Shown in pieces: positions 8,258 through 16,381 of a stretch of 64,000 bases of DNA. The DNA lies in IMG/VR virus record IMGVR_UViG_3300007539_004938, positions 12,255 to 76,254 of that record, one strand, 5' to 3'. The notes beneath the pieces were generated by a model. It was not told the origin of the DNA. It did not search any database and worked only from the letters and a program-made list of their open reading frames with translations. The position numbers and the translations under genes are program-made. Position 1 is the first letter of the stretch, and each line of letters opens with the position of its first letter. The DNA comes from a virus.

Positions 8258-9479
8258 CCATCATCTCCGCAAGTTCTGGAAAAGTTTGACAAAAGTCTTC
8301 ATTTCTTATCTCGTCACGTCTTTGTATATGATGTTGAAACTGTTGTTTTTCATTGTCCCAAGTGTCTTGTTCATTTGCAAAATTCATTGCATCCTTAACG
8401 TGTAGAGATGGCCACCATCCATCTTTACTCATAAAGTCGTAAAGTTTTTGATTGTTACTATTACCAATTTCTTTTAGACTTACTGGCAATGCATGAGCAC
8501 AAAAATAAGAAGGTGTTATTGCTCTATATATACTAATACTATCTTTATGTCTAAATAAATCTTTGTTCATTAAGTATGTAAAAAAATCAGCCAAAGTTCT
8601 ATAATTAAATACACTTAGTACTGTGTTAAACTGGTAATCAATGTAATCTAAATTCCTAATACTTTTTAAGTTTTCTTCAACAACAGCCCAATCTGTTCCA
8701 TGCCTCAAATATTCAGCACGTTTTCCATAGTGATCTAAACTAGCACTTATTTCTACTTTTTTAAATCTACTCCATAAATCTAATATATCATATTTTTTAT
8801 ATTTGAAGTTGCTCATGTTAGTATTATATCGCAAAGTGATTTGTTTATTATATCCACCTTGTATCATTTCTTCAAGTATTTGATAATGTTCGTCTGTAAT
8901 CAACGGTTCGCCACCGGCAAAATATGCCATGTCCATATGACATACTTGAGATTTTATTTCTTCTAAAAGTTTACCAGATGAATCGGCGTGATTGATTATT
9001 CTATAGTTAGGCGGAACATGATCATGCTGTTTCATTTCTTGCGCCCATTGACTACTAAACTCTGCACCGCAGGTCCTACATTTAAAGTTGCAAATATTAC
9101 TAAATCTAACATCAAAGTAACGCATTTTGAAATCTGCAACAGTTCCATCGTCTTCAGTAGTTGGAACTACTTCGTCAAAATATTTACTAAAGTTTTCTAA
9201 ACTATATGTTCTAAAACTAAAAGGACTGCTTTTTTCATGTTTGTAACAATATTCACAAATACTGCTTTTTTCATCATTAAGCATTCTCAAGCGTAGTTCA
9301 CGCATAAGTTTATCATTAAATATTTCAGACAAAGGTTTGTTTTTTACATTATCAAAAGGATCAGTATAATCACTGCTACAACAGGGATAAACATCACCCT
9401 TTGGGGTAACGTTTAAATGTATCCACGGAAACATGCAAAATGTTTTACTATTTAATAACTTTTCTTTGTCAAAATCCAT
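8250..9479 (-). CDS. Radical SAM protein with N-terminal twitch/SPASM domain (paralog of 6974-8257)
   Basis: CMFPW...GDVYPCC...CEYC, CNFKCRTC, FAGGEP; start moved to ATG 9479 (MDFDKEK), which follows a TAAGGA Shine-Dalgarno. Confidence 0.9.
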   Translation of the reverse strand: MDFDKEKLLNSKTFCMFPWIHLNVTPKGDVYPCCSSDYTDPFDNVKNKPLSEIFNDKLMRELRLRMLNDEKSSICEYCYKHEKSSPFSFRTYSLENFSKYFDEVVPTTEDDGTVADFKMRYFDVRFSNICNFKCRTCGAEFSSQWAQEMKQHDHVPPNYRIINHADSSGKLLEEIKSQVCHMDMAYFAGGEPLITDEHYQILEEMIQGGYNKQITLRYNTNMSNFKYKKYDILDLWSRFKKVEISASLDHYGKRAEYLRHGTDWAVVEENLKSIRNLDYIDYQFNTVLSVFNYRTLADFFTYLMNKDLFRHKDSISIYRAITPSYFCAHALPVSLKEIGNSNNQKLYDFMSKDGWWPSLHVKDAMNFANEQDTWDNEKQQFQHHIQRRDEIRNEDFCQTFPELAEMMDG

Positions 9480-10851
9480 TTGCTTCCTTACATAGGTCAA
9501 AGAAATCATTCATTTCAGGAAAGGTAGATTCAAAATCTACGTTACGTCTACGATCTTGTTCTTTAAAAAAGTTCCAAAAATCTCGACGACCTTCTCTAAC
9601 TCTATCAGGAGTATATTCTGTAGACCTCATGTAATCAACTACACGACGAAACTTTTCGTACTCTAATTCACTAAAATGATTTTTACTACCTTCTTGTACA
9701 TTTTCTCTAATAAACTGTAAATGTTTTTCCATATAGGGCAGGTACTGCTCTTTAGGCAAAATATTTATATCATATTGCAACGGCTCTTTTAGATATGGTG
9801 TATCAAAATGAATACGTTGCCATCTGCCACTGTTTACATCATTATACTTACGGCGCCATTCTAGCATTTTTTCTAGTAAAGTTTCAAACGTAGTTACACT
9901 AAACAAACTAAACGTAATCATAAATGTTACAGGCGCAGTGGTATTACGCATAAAGTAATCTAAGTTACGTTCAAACACTTCTAAGTCTAAACCGTCTCTA
10001 ATATATTCTGCACGAGGCCCCCAAGTATCAATGCTGCTGAATAACTTAAACTGTTTAATTTTATTTTGACTTAACAAACTGTTTACACTATCAGTAAACT
10101 TTTCTAGTTGTTTTTCTTTGCCGCCAAGATTACTGTTCACATTTAGTTCAAGATGTGGCTTTGGATCTTTTTCAAGTTCTTCAAACAGTCTATATGTGCT
10201 TTTTTGTATTGTAGGCTCTCCGCCAGTAACACGTAAAATGTTTAGTGTCTTGCTAACTTCAGGCCACCATTTCCACCAAGCACGTAAGTAAGGATTTTTA
10301 TCTTCTTCGTATATACGAAACCAATCGATATCGTTTCTATGATTTTTAACCATGTTATATGGACCGTGTTGACGGATTTCATTGTAATATCTACTACTTG
10401 CTTTTGGATGACAATATCCGCAACGGAAGTTGCATTCATTACCAAATGAAATTTCAATATACTCAGGGTTAACATTAAAATCCCAAGGATTGAACTTTAC
10501 TTCTTGCAATCTTTCTTCACTGTAAATACTACCACTACGAATATGACGGTCACTAATATAATCGTCTCCCATGTTTTCAATATTCCAGCAATAGTTACAT
10601 CCGACACATTGTTTGCCTTCTAACATCTCTCTGCGTTCTTGTTTCTTTTGTTTTGTATTATGCAACGCACTAGGATTGGTTAGGAGCTCGTCAACATCAA
10701 TTTGATGAGGAGCAGGGTGATAACAACTGTGTGTTTCACCTGTTTGCAAGTAGATAGTTGTATGGTACCATTTTGCAAAACAAAATGTAGGAGAAAAATG
10801 CCTTGTTGTAATAGCATTAATACTTTTAAGTTTATCTGTATTTTCTGACAT
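9469..10851 (-). CDS. Radical SAM protein with N-terminal Cys/His domain
   Basis: CFAKW...HSCYH...CVGCNYC, CNFRCGYC, TGGEP; start moved to ATG 10851 (MSENTDK), next to the upstream stop. Confidence 0.88.
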   Translation of the reverse strand: MSENTDKLKSINAITTRHFSPTFCFAKWYHTTIYLQTGETHSCYHPAPHQIDVDELLTNPSALHNTKQKKQERREMLEGKQCVGCNYCWNIENMGDDYISDRHIRSGSIYSEERLQEVKFNPWDFNVNPEYIEISFGNECNFRCGYCHPKASSRYYNEIRQHGPYNMVKNHRNDIDWFRIYEEDKNPYLRAWWKWWPEVSKTLNILRVTGGEPTIQKSTYRLFEELEKDPKPHLELNVNSNLGGKEKQLEKFTDSVNSLLSQNKIKQFKLFSSIDTWGPRAEYIRDGLDLEVFERNLDYFMRNTTAPVTFMITFSLFSVTTFETLLEKMLEWRRKYNDVNSGRWQRIHFDTPYLKEPLQYDINILPKEQYLPYMEKHLQFIRENVQEGSKNHFSELEYEKFRRVVDYMRSTEYTPDRVREGRRDFWNFFKEQDRRRNVDFESTFPEMNDFFDLCKEANGF

Positions 10852-10852
10852 A

Positions 10853-11776
10853 TTATCTCTTTGCAGTTCTTGGTGGATTTGTGTACACTGTTTTGAAGAA
10901 CTGACTTTGATTTCCATTAAACGGCTGAGCTGCAATAGGCAAGTCAAGTTCTTCAATCAAACTATAACCAAGCGATAATGTATTATCTTCCATTTCGTCA
11001 TCATTCATTTGTTTGCTATTCCAATATTCATTAAGCCATTTAAAATCACGAACATTAACAAAATCCCAGTCTGTACACATTGTTTTGTACAAGCCTTCTC
11101 TAGCACCATAAATAGCCCATTCACCGTTTTCAACATCGGCGCCTACCATTAACCAAACATACAATCTATGTAGATTTTTCCAATGATTTTTATGAAAATC
11201 ATCTAAACTTGGTTTCATTCCTCTGTCAAGTGCCATCTTTACACCCTCACGGAATCCAGCACGCCATGCTTGCTGTGGAGTAGCGTTATTCATTATTTCT
11301 GAATAACAACCGTTCATTTGTATATATTCAATATCCCAACAAAAATCTACTTGTGCATGTGGATTATTAGGATCTGCATTTTCATGGGTGCGCATTTCTA
11401 AGACTTTTTTCTTTGGCCAGCATTTGATTCCACCGTTACCATATTCAAGACCGTTGATTGTATTTTTGGCACTCCAACTAATCACACACTCCTCTAAACT
11501 TACATTTCTATTCCAGTGTCCATCTTCATGGTCATCTAAGTTAAAACTTTTTGTAAGAAAAGAAGGATTAATAATGTTATCACCATCTACTGTAATAAAC
11601 CTATCAGTTTCGCTTAATTCTGCACAGGCTTTATGCGCAGCATCACTACCTTCTACACCGTGTACACGTTTTGCCCACGGAATTTTTTTGCACAAATCTG
11701 CATAGTTTTTTTCTGCGTTTGGTTCATCATAGCTAAGATAAATGATATCGTAGTCTAAAACCCTAAACTCTGTCAT
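10853..11776 (-). CDS. Glycosyltransferase-like protein (GT-A fold)
   Basis: DIIYLSYDEP N-terminal strand, AAHKACAE, FITVDGDN (DxD), YGNGG. Confidence 0.6.
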   Translation of the reverse strand: MTEFRVLDYDIIYLSYDEPNAEKNYADLCKKIPWAKRVHGVEGSDAAHKACAELSETDRFITVDGDNIINPSFLTKSFNLDDHEDGHWNRNVSLEECVISWSAKNTINGLEYGNGGIKCWPKKKVLEMRTHENADPNNPHAQVDFCWDIEYIQMNGCYSEIMNNATPQQAWRAGFREGVKMALDRGMKPSLDDFHKNHWKNLHRLYVWLMVGADVENGEWAIYGAREGLYKTMCTDWDFVNVRDFKWLNEYWNSKQMNDDEMEDNTLSLGYSLIEELDLPIAAQPFNGNQSQFFKTVYTNPPRTAKR

Positions 11777-12345
11777 ACTAGTACCTCATGATAATAACTT
11801 TCAAGTCTCTTTGAAGTATACACGCTAAATGCGTCTGGGTCAAGTTCTAAATCACTGTTAAAATCAATTGTGTGTGCATCATTTATAACTGTAGAAATAT
11901 CAACTACAAAAAATCTATGTAAATGATTTGGATTATTTTTTTTAGTTACACTAAATCCCATAACTTGATTAAAGTTTAGTTTATTTTGTTTAAAATTTTG
12001 TTGTATTTTTTTATCAACTGTAAAAATCCATTTTTTATTTTTTGTATCTTGTGTTACTGTTAAATCTGGATTATCTGAGATTGTAGGTAACTTGTATATT
12101 TGATCGTTTATATTTTGCATATAAGTATCTTCATTGTATATATGTTTTAACACATGCATTTTTACTTTGCTATCAAATACCACAAGATAGTTTTTAAACT
12201 GTTCTTTACCAGTTATCAAATTTTCTACATCACTTGGATCAACTTTAATAAAGTTAGCATCATCAGGAACTCTATTATAAACTCCTAAAAGATTACCATG
12301 TTCGTCAAAAGTTACATATTTGTCTACATTCACAAATACACTCAT
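11773..12345 (-). CDS. Hypothetical protein within the glycosyltransferase operon
   Basis: 190-aa ORF with 4-bp overlaps to both neighbours. Confidence 0.75.
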   Translation of the reverse strand: MSVFVNVDKYVTFDEHGNLLGVYNRVPDDANFIKVDPSDVENLITGKEQFKNYLVVFDSKVKMHVLKHIYNEDTYMQNINDQIYKLPTISDNPDLTVTQDTKNKKWIFTVDKKIQQNFKQNKLNFNQVMGFSVTKKNNPNHLHRFFVVDISTVINDAHTIDFNSDLELDPDAFSVYTSKRLESYYHEVLV

Positions 12346-13172
12346 AATATTCCTTTTTCAAATGTTTCAATCATTTCTTGTGTTACAAAGTTTTTTTCAG
12401 TATAATGAAAAACTCCAGATTGCTTATAGTTGCCTATAAACAAATCACAATCGGCATCTAAATATACACCAACCTTATCTTGCCACGACTCTGTTTTAAT
12501 ATCCCACCAATCTTGCCCATGTAACTTCATGTGTGTCAAATGAGGAAAACTTGTGTTGCTAGTAACTTGTTTTTCAATATTTAAAAGTTTTACTGCGATA
12601 GCACAACTTACATCCATACTTGGAAACTTCTGAAAGTATTTACCACCAGCAAACTGACCATAAAATAATTCCCAGTTATTCATTACAAGTTCTAGCAACT
12701 TGAAAAAGGTGTGTGTATCATCACATTTTTTAAAATAATACAATGCACAATATATATTTGGTAACTGATGTGTTTTAAATGAATGTCTATAGTAATCTGT
12801 ATTGTATGTTGTACCTCTATATGTTTTAATATTAGAAGTAAAAAACAGATCTTTTTTATCTAAAAACTTCCACCAATGTTCAATATTTTCTAATACTAAT
12901 ACATCTGTATCTAATACAAATGTTTTATCAAAAGGTGTTGCATGATAAACTTTCCATCTATGTTCTGCAGAGAATCTAGATTCTTTTTGTTCATACCATG
13001 GTATTTCTACAATATCATCAAATACACTTTTTTGTTTAGGTGTTATCTCGTCGTTAGTAATTAAACATACATTTGCATTTTTGTTATATTTTTTAATACT
13101 GCAAGCAGCTAAGTATGCTTGCTGTATATAATCGTGATTTTTATTTTCTGCTAATAATGTAAAATTAGCCAT
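12342..13172 (-). CDS. Glycosyltransferase, GT8-like
   Basis: YIQQAYLAACSIK, VCLIT, TPFDKTFVLDTDV (DxD), THMK; start at ATG 13172. Confidence 0.7.
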   Translation of the reverse strand: MANFTLLAENKNHDYIQQAYLAACSIKKYNKNANVCLITNDEITPKQKSVFDDIVEIPWYEQKESRFSAEHRWKVYHATPFDKTFVLDTDVLVLENIEHWWKFLDKKDLFFTSNIKTYRGTTYNTDYYRHSFKTHQLPNIYCALYYFKKCDDTHTFFKLLELVMNNWELFYGQFAGGKYFQKFPSMDVSCAIAVKLLNIEKQVTSNTSFPHLTHMKLHGQDWWDIKTESWQDKVGVYLDADCDLFIGNYKQSGVFHYTEKNFVTQEMIETFEKGIL

Positions 13173-14010
13173 TATCAATAATCCTATTCAAACTGTATTT
13201 GTTAATCACATGTACGTTGCTTCCTTTTATTCTTAAAGGTGTATACTCATTACTTTCATTTCTTTTTTGTATTAAAAATAAAAAGTTATCATCTTTTAAA
13301 TCTATTAAAACATCTTTGTCTGTACAATAATACATTGTACCTGGCATTGTTCCTGCAAAGTTATTGTTTGTGTATCCATTCATAATATGTATAGCAATAC
13401 TAAATGCATGATCATTTCTAAATACATTTGTGTTTAGTTTATAAAGGTTACGGTAATGTGGATAATATTCTTGTATATGCGATACTAGATCAAAAAAAGT
13501 TTTGTTAAGTTCTGTTTTTCTAAAAAATATACAAGTTGCCCAGTAAAATGTAGGCCCAATTTCACTTATAAATGTAAACTCATTTTTATCTCTCCATCCT
13601 GATAAATCAAATGCATCTTTGTATAGCAAAAGATCTTTTTGCTGTACAAAACACTCATTTAAAATGTCATTACTAACAACAAAATCTGTATCTAGTAACA
13701 AGGTTTCGTCGTAAGGAGACAAATCATAAACACTACTTCGATTACTGTTTTTAAACTCTAGTTGTTTTTTTGCAAATATACCATCATAATATTTTTTATA
13801 GCTATATTTTTTGTCATTATCAACTTGTATTATTTTATCAAAGACATCTACACTATTTTTGTATGTGTTATACAAGTAATCAACATTATCAGTAACTAAA
13901 GAAGTGGGCAAGTCTAAATACTTGCGCACACGTTTTGCAAGAAAAATTGCTTGCTTTATATAATCTATTTCAGTATTATTTCGAGCTATTAAAACAACAC
14001 CTTGATTCAT
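13165..14010 (-). CDS. Glycosyltransferase, GT8-like (paralog of 12342-13172)
   Basis: SPYDETLLLDTDF (DxD), FRNDHAFSIA, HVINK. Confidence 0.7.
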   Translation of the reverse strand: MNQGVVLIARNNTEIDYIKQAIFLAKRVRKYLDLPTSLVTDNVDYLYNTYKNSVDVFDKIIQVDNDKKYSYKKYYDGIFAKKQLEFKNSNRSSVYDLSPYDETLLLDTDFVVSNDILNECFVQQKDLLLYKDAFDLSGWRDKNEFTFISEIGPTFYWATCIFFRKTELNKTFFDLVSHIQEYYPHYRNLYKLNTNVFRNDHAFSIAIHIMNGYTNNNFAGTMPGTMYYCTDKDVLIDLKDDNFLFLIQKRNESNEYTPLRIKGSNVHVINKYSLNRIIDNG

Positions 14011-14354
14011 ACTTCAATGATGCCCTTAACAGTTCTATTTGTTTTTAGTTTATTATATTCAGTGATATATTTATTTGCTGCTTTTGAGTACACGTTAACC
14101 ATTTCACTTGCAAAAACTTTTAAATCTTCAACCTGTATTGGAATATCGTTATCATCAATAAGTACAGTTTCCTCTTGTCCTAATGCTAACAAACTTTGAC
14201 AAAAACTAACAAGTCCTGGATTAACTGTAAACTGTCCTCCATTGCAAAAATATAATAAATCATCTTGGTATTGTTCTTTCAAAACTCTTTTTGTATTATC
14301 TAAAGTAATCATATAGTTACTAAAGTCAAGAGCTTTTTCTAGTCTTTCATCCAT
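14007..14354 (-). CDS. Hypothetical protein, weakly DUF4376 / tail-fibre-assembly-like; first gene of the GT-radical SAM operon
   Basis: 115 aa with AGGAG Shine-Dalgarno; GGQF...LIDDNDIPIQVEDL pattern. Confidence 0.6.
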   Translation of the reverse strand: MDERLEKALDFSNYMITLDNTKRVLKEQYQDDLLYFCNGGQFTVNPGLVSFCQSLLALGQEETVLIDDNDIPIQVEDLKVFASEMVNVYSKAANKYITEYNKLKTNRTVKGIIEV

Positions 14355-14374
14355 TGGAGAACTCCTTTTAAAAT

Positions 14375-14403
14375 ATTATATATTGTGTTATGCAAAAAGT
14401 CAA
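14375..14403 (-). promoter_or_regulatory. sigma70-type promoter TTGACT-N17-TATAAT driving the operon from 14354 to 4653
   Basis: -35 at 14403-14398, -10 at 14380-14375, exact 17-nt spacer. Confidence 0.75.
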
Positions 14404-14406
14404 GTA

Positions 14407-15423
14407 TTAAGTGGGAGGAGTACTTAAATCTTGTGAAACATTTGTTGTAGTAGCAATAGTTGGTGCTGTTAAACTACAAGCTGTATAAGACACAGAGTTT
14501 ACTGTAAAACTACTATTAGCTGTACTCGATCTAACATTACTAGTAAGTGTGCCGGTAACTGTTTCGTCAATAGGATCAAGTACACCGCCGATACCTTGAC
14601 CGCCTTCGCCAACATCACCGTCGTTGAACTCTATCCTAAATCTAACAGCATTACCATCTAATCTTGCTGAAATACTGTAATCATTATCTGCGTAAACACC
14701 GCTACCTATCTTTGTAAAAATAACTTGATAACTTGCTGTAAGATCTACATATCCGCTATTCAAAGCAGGAGTTCCGCTAGATGCTGTTGTTTCGTATTTG
14801 TTAAATGTAATAGTAGACATAGCAGATAGCATAGCTGCCCAATCTGTGCCTTTTGCACCAGAAGATCCTGTTAAACTAGCATCAAATCTAACAGATCCTC
14901 CACTATTAAAAAAATAGTTACGTTGAGTCGTGCTTGCAAAAGTAACTGTAACAACATGATAAACGCTTTGCACTTCTGATGCGCCGCCCCATTGTGTAGT
15001 ACGTGAGCTGGTTTCTGCTGGGCTTAAATCAAAGTTACTTGGAGGATATCCAGTTGTTTCGTCATCAAAGTTTTGTATAGTTGTTATAGCACTAGTATAG
15101 TCATTGAACCCCATAAGTGTTCCATCTGTAACTGCTGTTTTGGTTCCAGTTGCTTGATTATAACCAAAACTGGTATCTGCACCTATTGTATTTCCTGCTG
15201 TTACTGTTGCTAAACTAGTGTTTAGTGCTCCTGTTTGATGTACAGATGCTTTTTGTATATCAATGTATAAATCGAATAGTTGATCTTCAGTGACTGAATC
15301 AACCTGCTGGGTAACTGCACTACTATTCAATGTCTGGCCCCAATAAGAAACAACAATAGAACTTACATTGGTACGCATACCATTGTAATCAGTATCTTGA
15401 ATCTTATCTCCTGTAGCTACCAA
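14407..15423 (-). CDS. Virion structural protein (tail/baseplate-associated), paralog of 15468-16355
   Basis: Thr/Ser/Gly-rich; shares HQTG, WGG.SEVQSV, FFNSGG, GSGVY.DNDY and PIDE.VTGTLTS with its neighbour; TTG start after AAGGAG. Confidence 0.7.
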   Translation of the reverse strand: MVATGDKIQDTDYNGMRTNVSSIVVSYWGQTLNSSAVTQQVDSVTEDQLFDLYIDIQKASVHQTGALNTSLATVTAGNTIGADTSFGYNQATGTKTAVTDGTLMGFNDYTSAITTIQNFDDETTGYPPSNFDLSPAETSSRTTQWGGASEVQSVYHVVTVTFASTTQRNYFFNSGGSVRFDASLTGSSGAKGTDWAAMLSAMSTITFNKYETTASSGTPALNSGYVDLTASYQVIFTKIGSGVYADNDYSISARLDGNAVRFRIEFNDGDVGEGGQGIGGVLDPIDETVTGTLTSNVRSSTANSSFTVNSVSYTACSLTAPTIATTTNVSQDLSTPPT

Positions 15424-15467
15424 AACTATTCTCCTTTATATATACCTAACATAAAAAAACAGTTTTG

Positions 15468-16355
15468 TCAAGCTAAAGTTGTTGTTGTAACATAAATTGG
15501 TGTTGCCACCTCTACATACGAACCTGTTGCTCTAAGTTGGGATACAGAACTTGTAAGTGTACCTGTTACAGATTCATCTATTGGACCGTGTCCGCCTGCT
15601 CCGCTACCTGCTGCATCATCGTTAAACTCTGCTTTAATAGTAATAACGCTTCCATTGGCTTTTGCTTTTAATGTATAATCATTGTCTACATAAACGCCGC
15701 TGCCTGTTTTTATTAATAATGTTTGATATGATGTTGTTAAATCGAAGTTACCTAATCCAGAACTTGTTCCGCTATCTGCTGTAGTATTATTAGACGTAAT
15801 CTTAATAGTGCCTAATGCAGATAACATACCATTCCATTCTGTATATTTGGATCCGGTACCGCCTGTTAGACTTGCTGCTAACCTTATTTCGCCGCCGCTG
15901 TTAAAAAAATGTCTTCTATGATCTTCAGAGTTAAATGTAACTGTAAAATGATGTTCTACACTTTGTACTTCTGAAGTACCACCCCATGACGTTGATCTAT
16001 CACTTGTTAACTTAGGTTCCGTTGATGCTTGTGTAGTTGCAAATATTACAGCAGCATCATTCAGTATACTTGTTGATGCAGATTCGTATTGAACATAAAC
16101 TGCATCAGTAATATCTTCTTGAGAAATAACATTTGATAGTGTAGGAGATGCACCCGTTTGGTGTACCCTTGCATTTATCATGTCTGTTTTTAAATTTGTC
16201 ATGTGAAATGCATTTACAGTATCACTGGTAGATACTGCTGAACTATTTAATGTTTGACCATATCCATAAGTACCTGACCCATTTCCATAAACTAGAGCAA
16301 CCTTTGCTTGCATTTGGTTGTATCTAGTTACTGTGATTATTTCTCCAACTGCCAT
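15468..16355 (-). CDS. Virion structural protein (tail/baseplate-associated)
   Basis: As above; late promoter immediately upstream. Confidence 0.7.
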   Translation of the reverse strand: MAVGEIITVTRYNQMQAKVALVYGNGSGTYGYGQTLNSSAVSTSDTVNAFHMTNLKTDMINARVHQTGASPTLSNVISQEDITDAVYVQYESASTSILNDAAVIFATTQASTEPKLTSDRSTSWGGTSEVQSVEHHFTVTFNSEDHRRHFFNSGGEIRLAASLTGGTGSKYTEWNGMLSALGTIKITSNNTTADSGTSSGLGNFDLTTSYQTLLIKTGSGVYVDNDYTLKAKANGSVITIKAEFNDDAAGSGAGGHGPIDESVTGTLTSSVSQLRATGSYVEVATPIYVTTTTLA

Positions 16356-16373
16356 ATCTTTCCTTTACTCGGG

Positions 16374-16381
16374 TATTTATA
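16374..16381 (-). promoter_or_regulatory. T4-type late promoter TATAAATA, overlapping the stop codon of the upstream fibre gene
   Basis: Perfect consensus 18 nt upstream of ATG 16355. Confidence 0.7.

Noticed and set aside
9480-10956. Longer N-termini given by the ORF track (9509, 10956; likewise 22603, 59600, 60687)
   Set aside because: The extensions overlap upstream genes or promoters; downstream ATGs have a Shine-Dalgarno, late promoter or stop-start coupling and were used instead
15443-15471. Minus-strand TTGACA upstream of the gene starting at 15423
   Set aside because: The hexamer at 17-nt spacing is TAGGTA, a poor -10 box; may be a weak late-type element but cannot be supported
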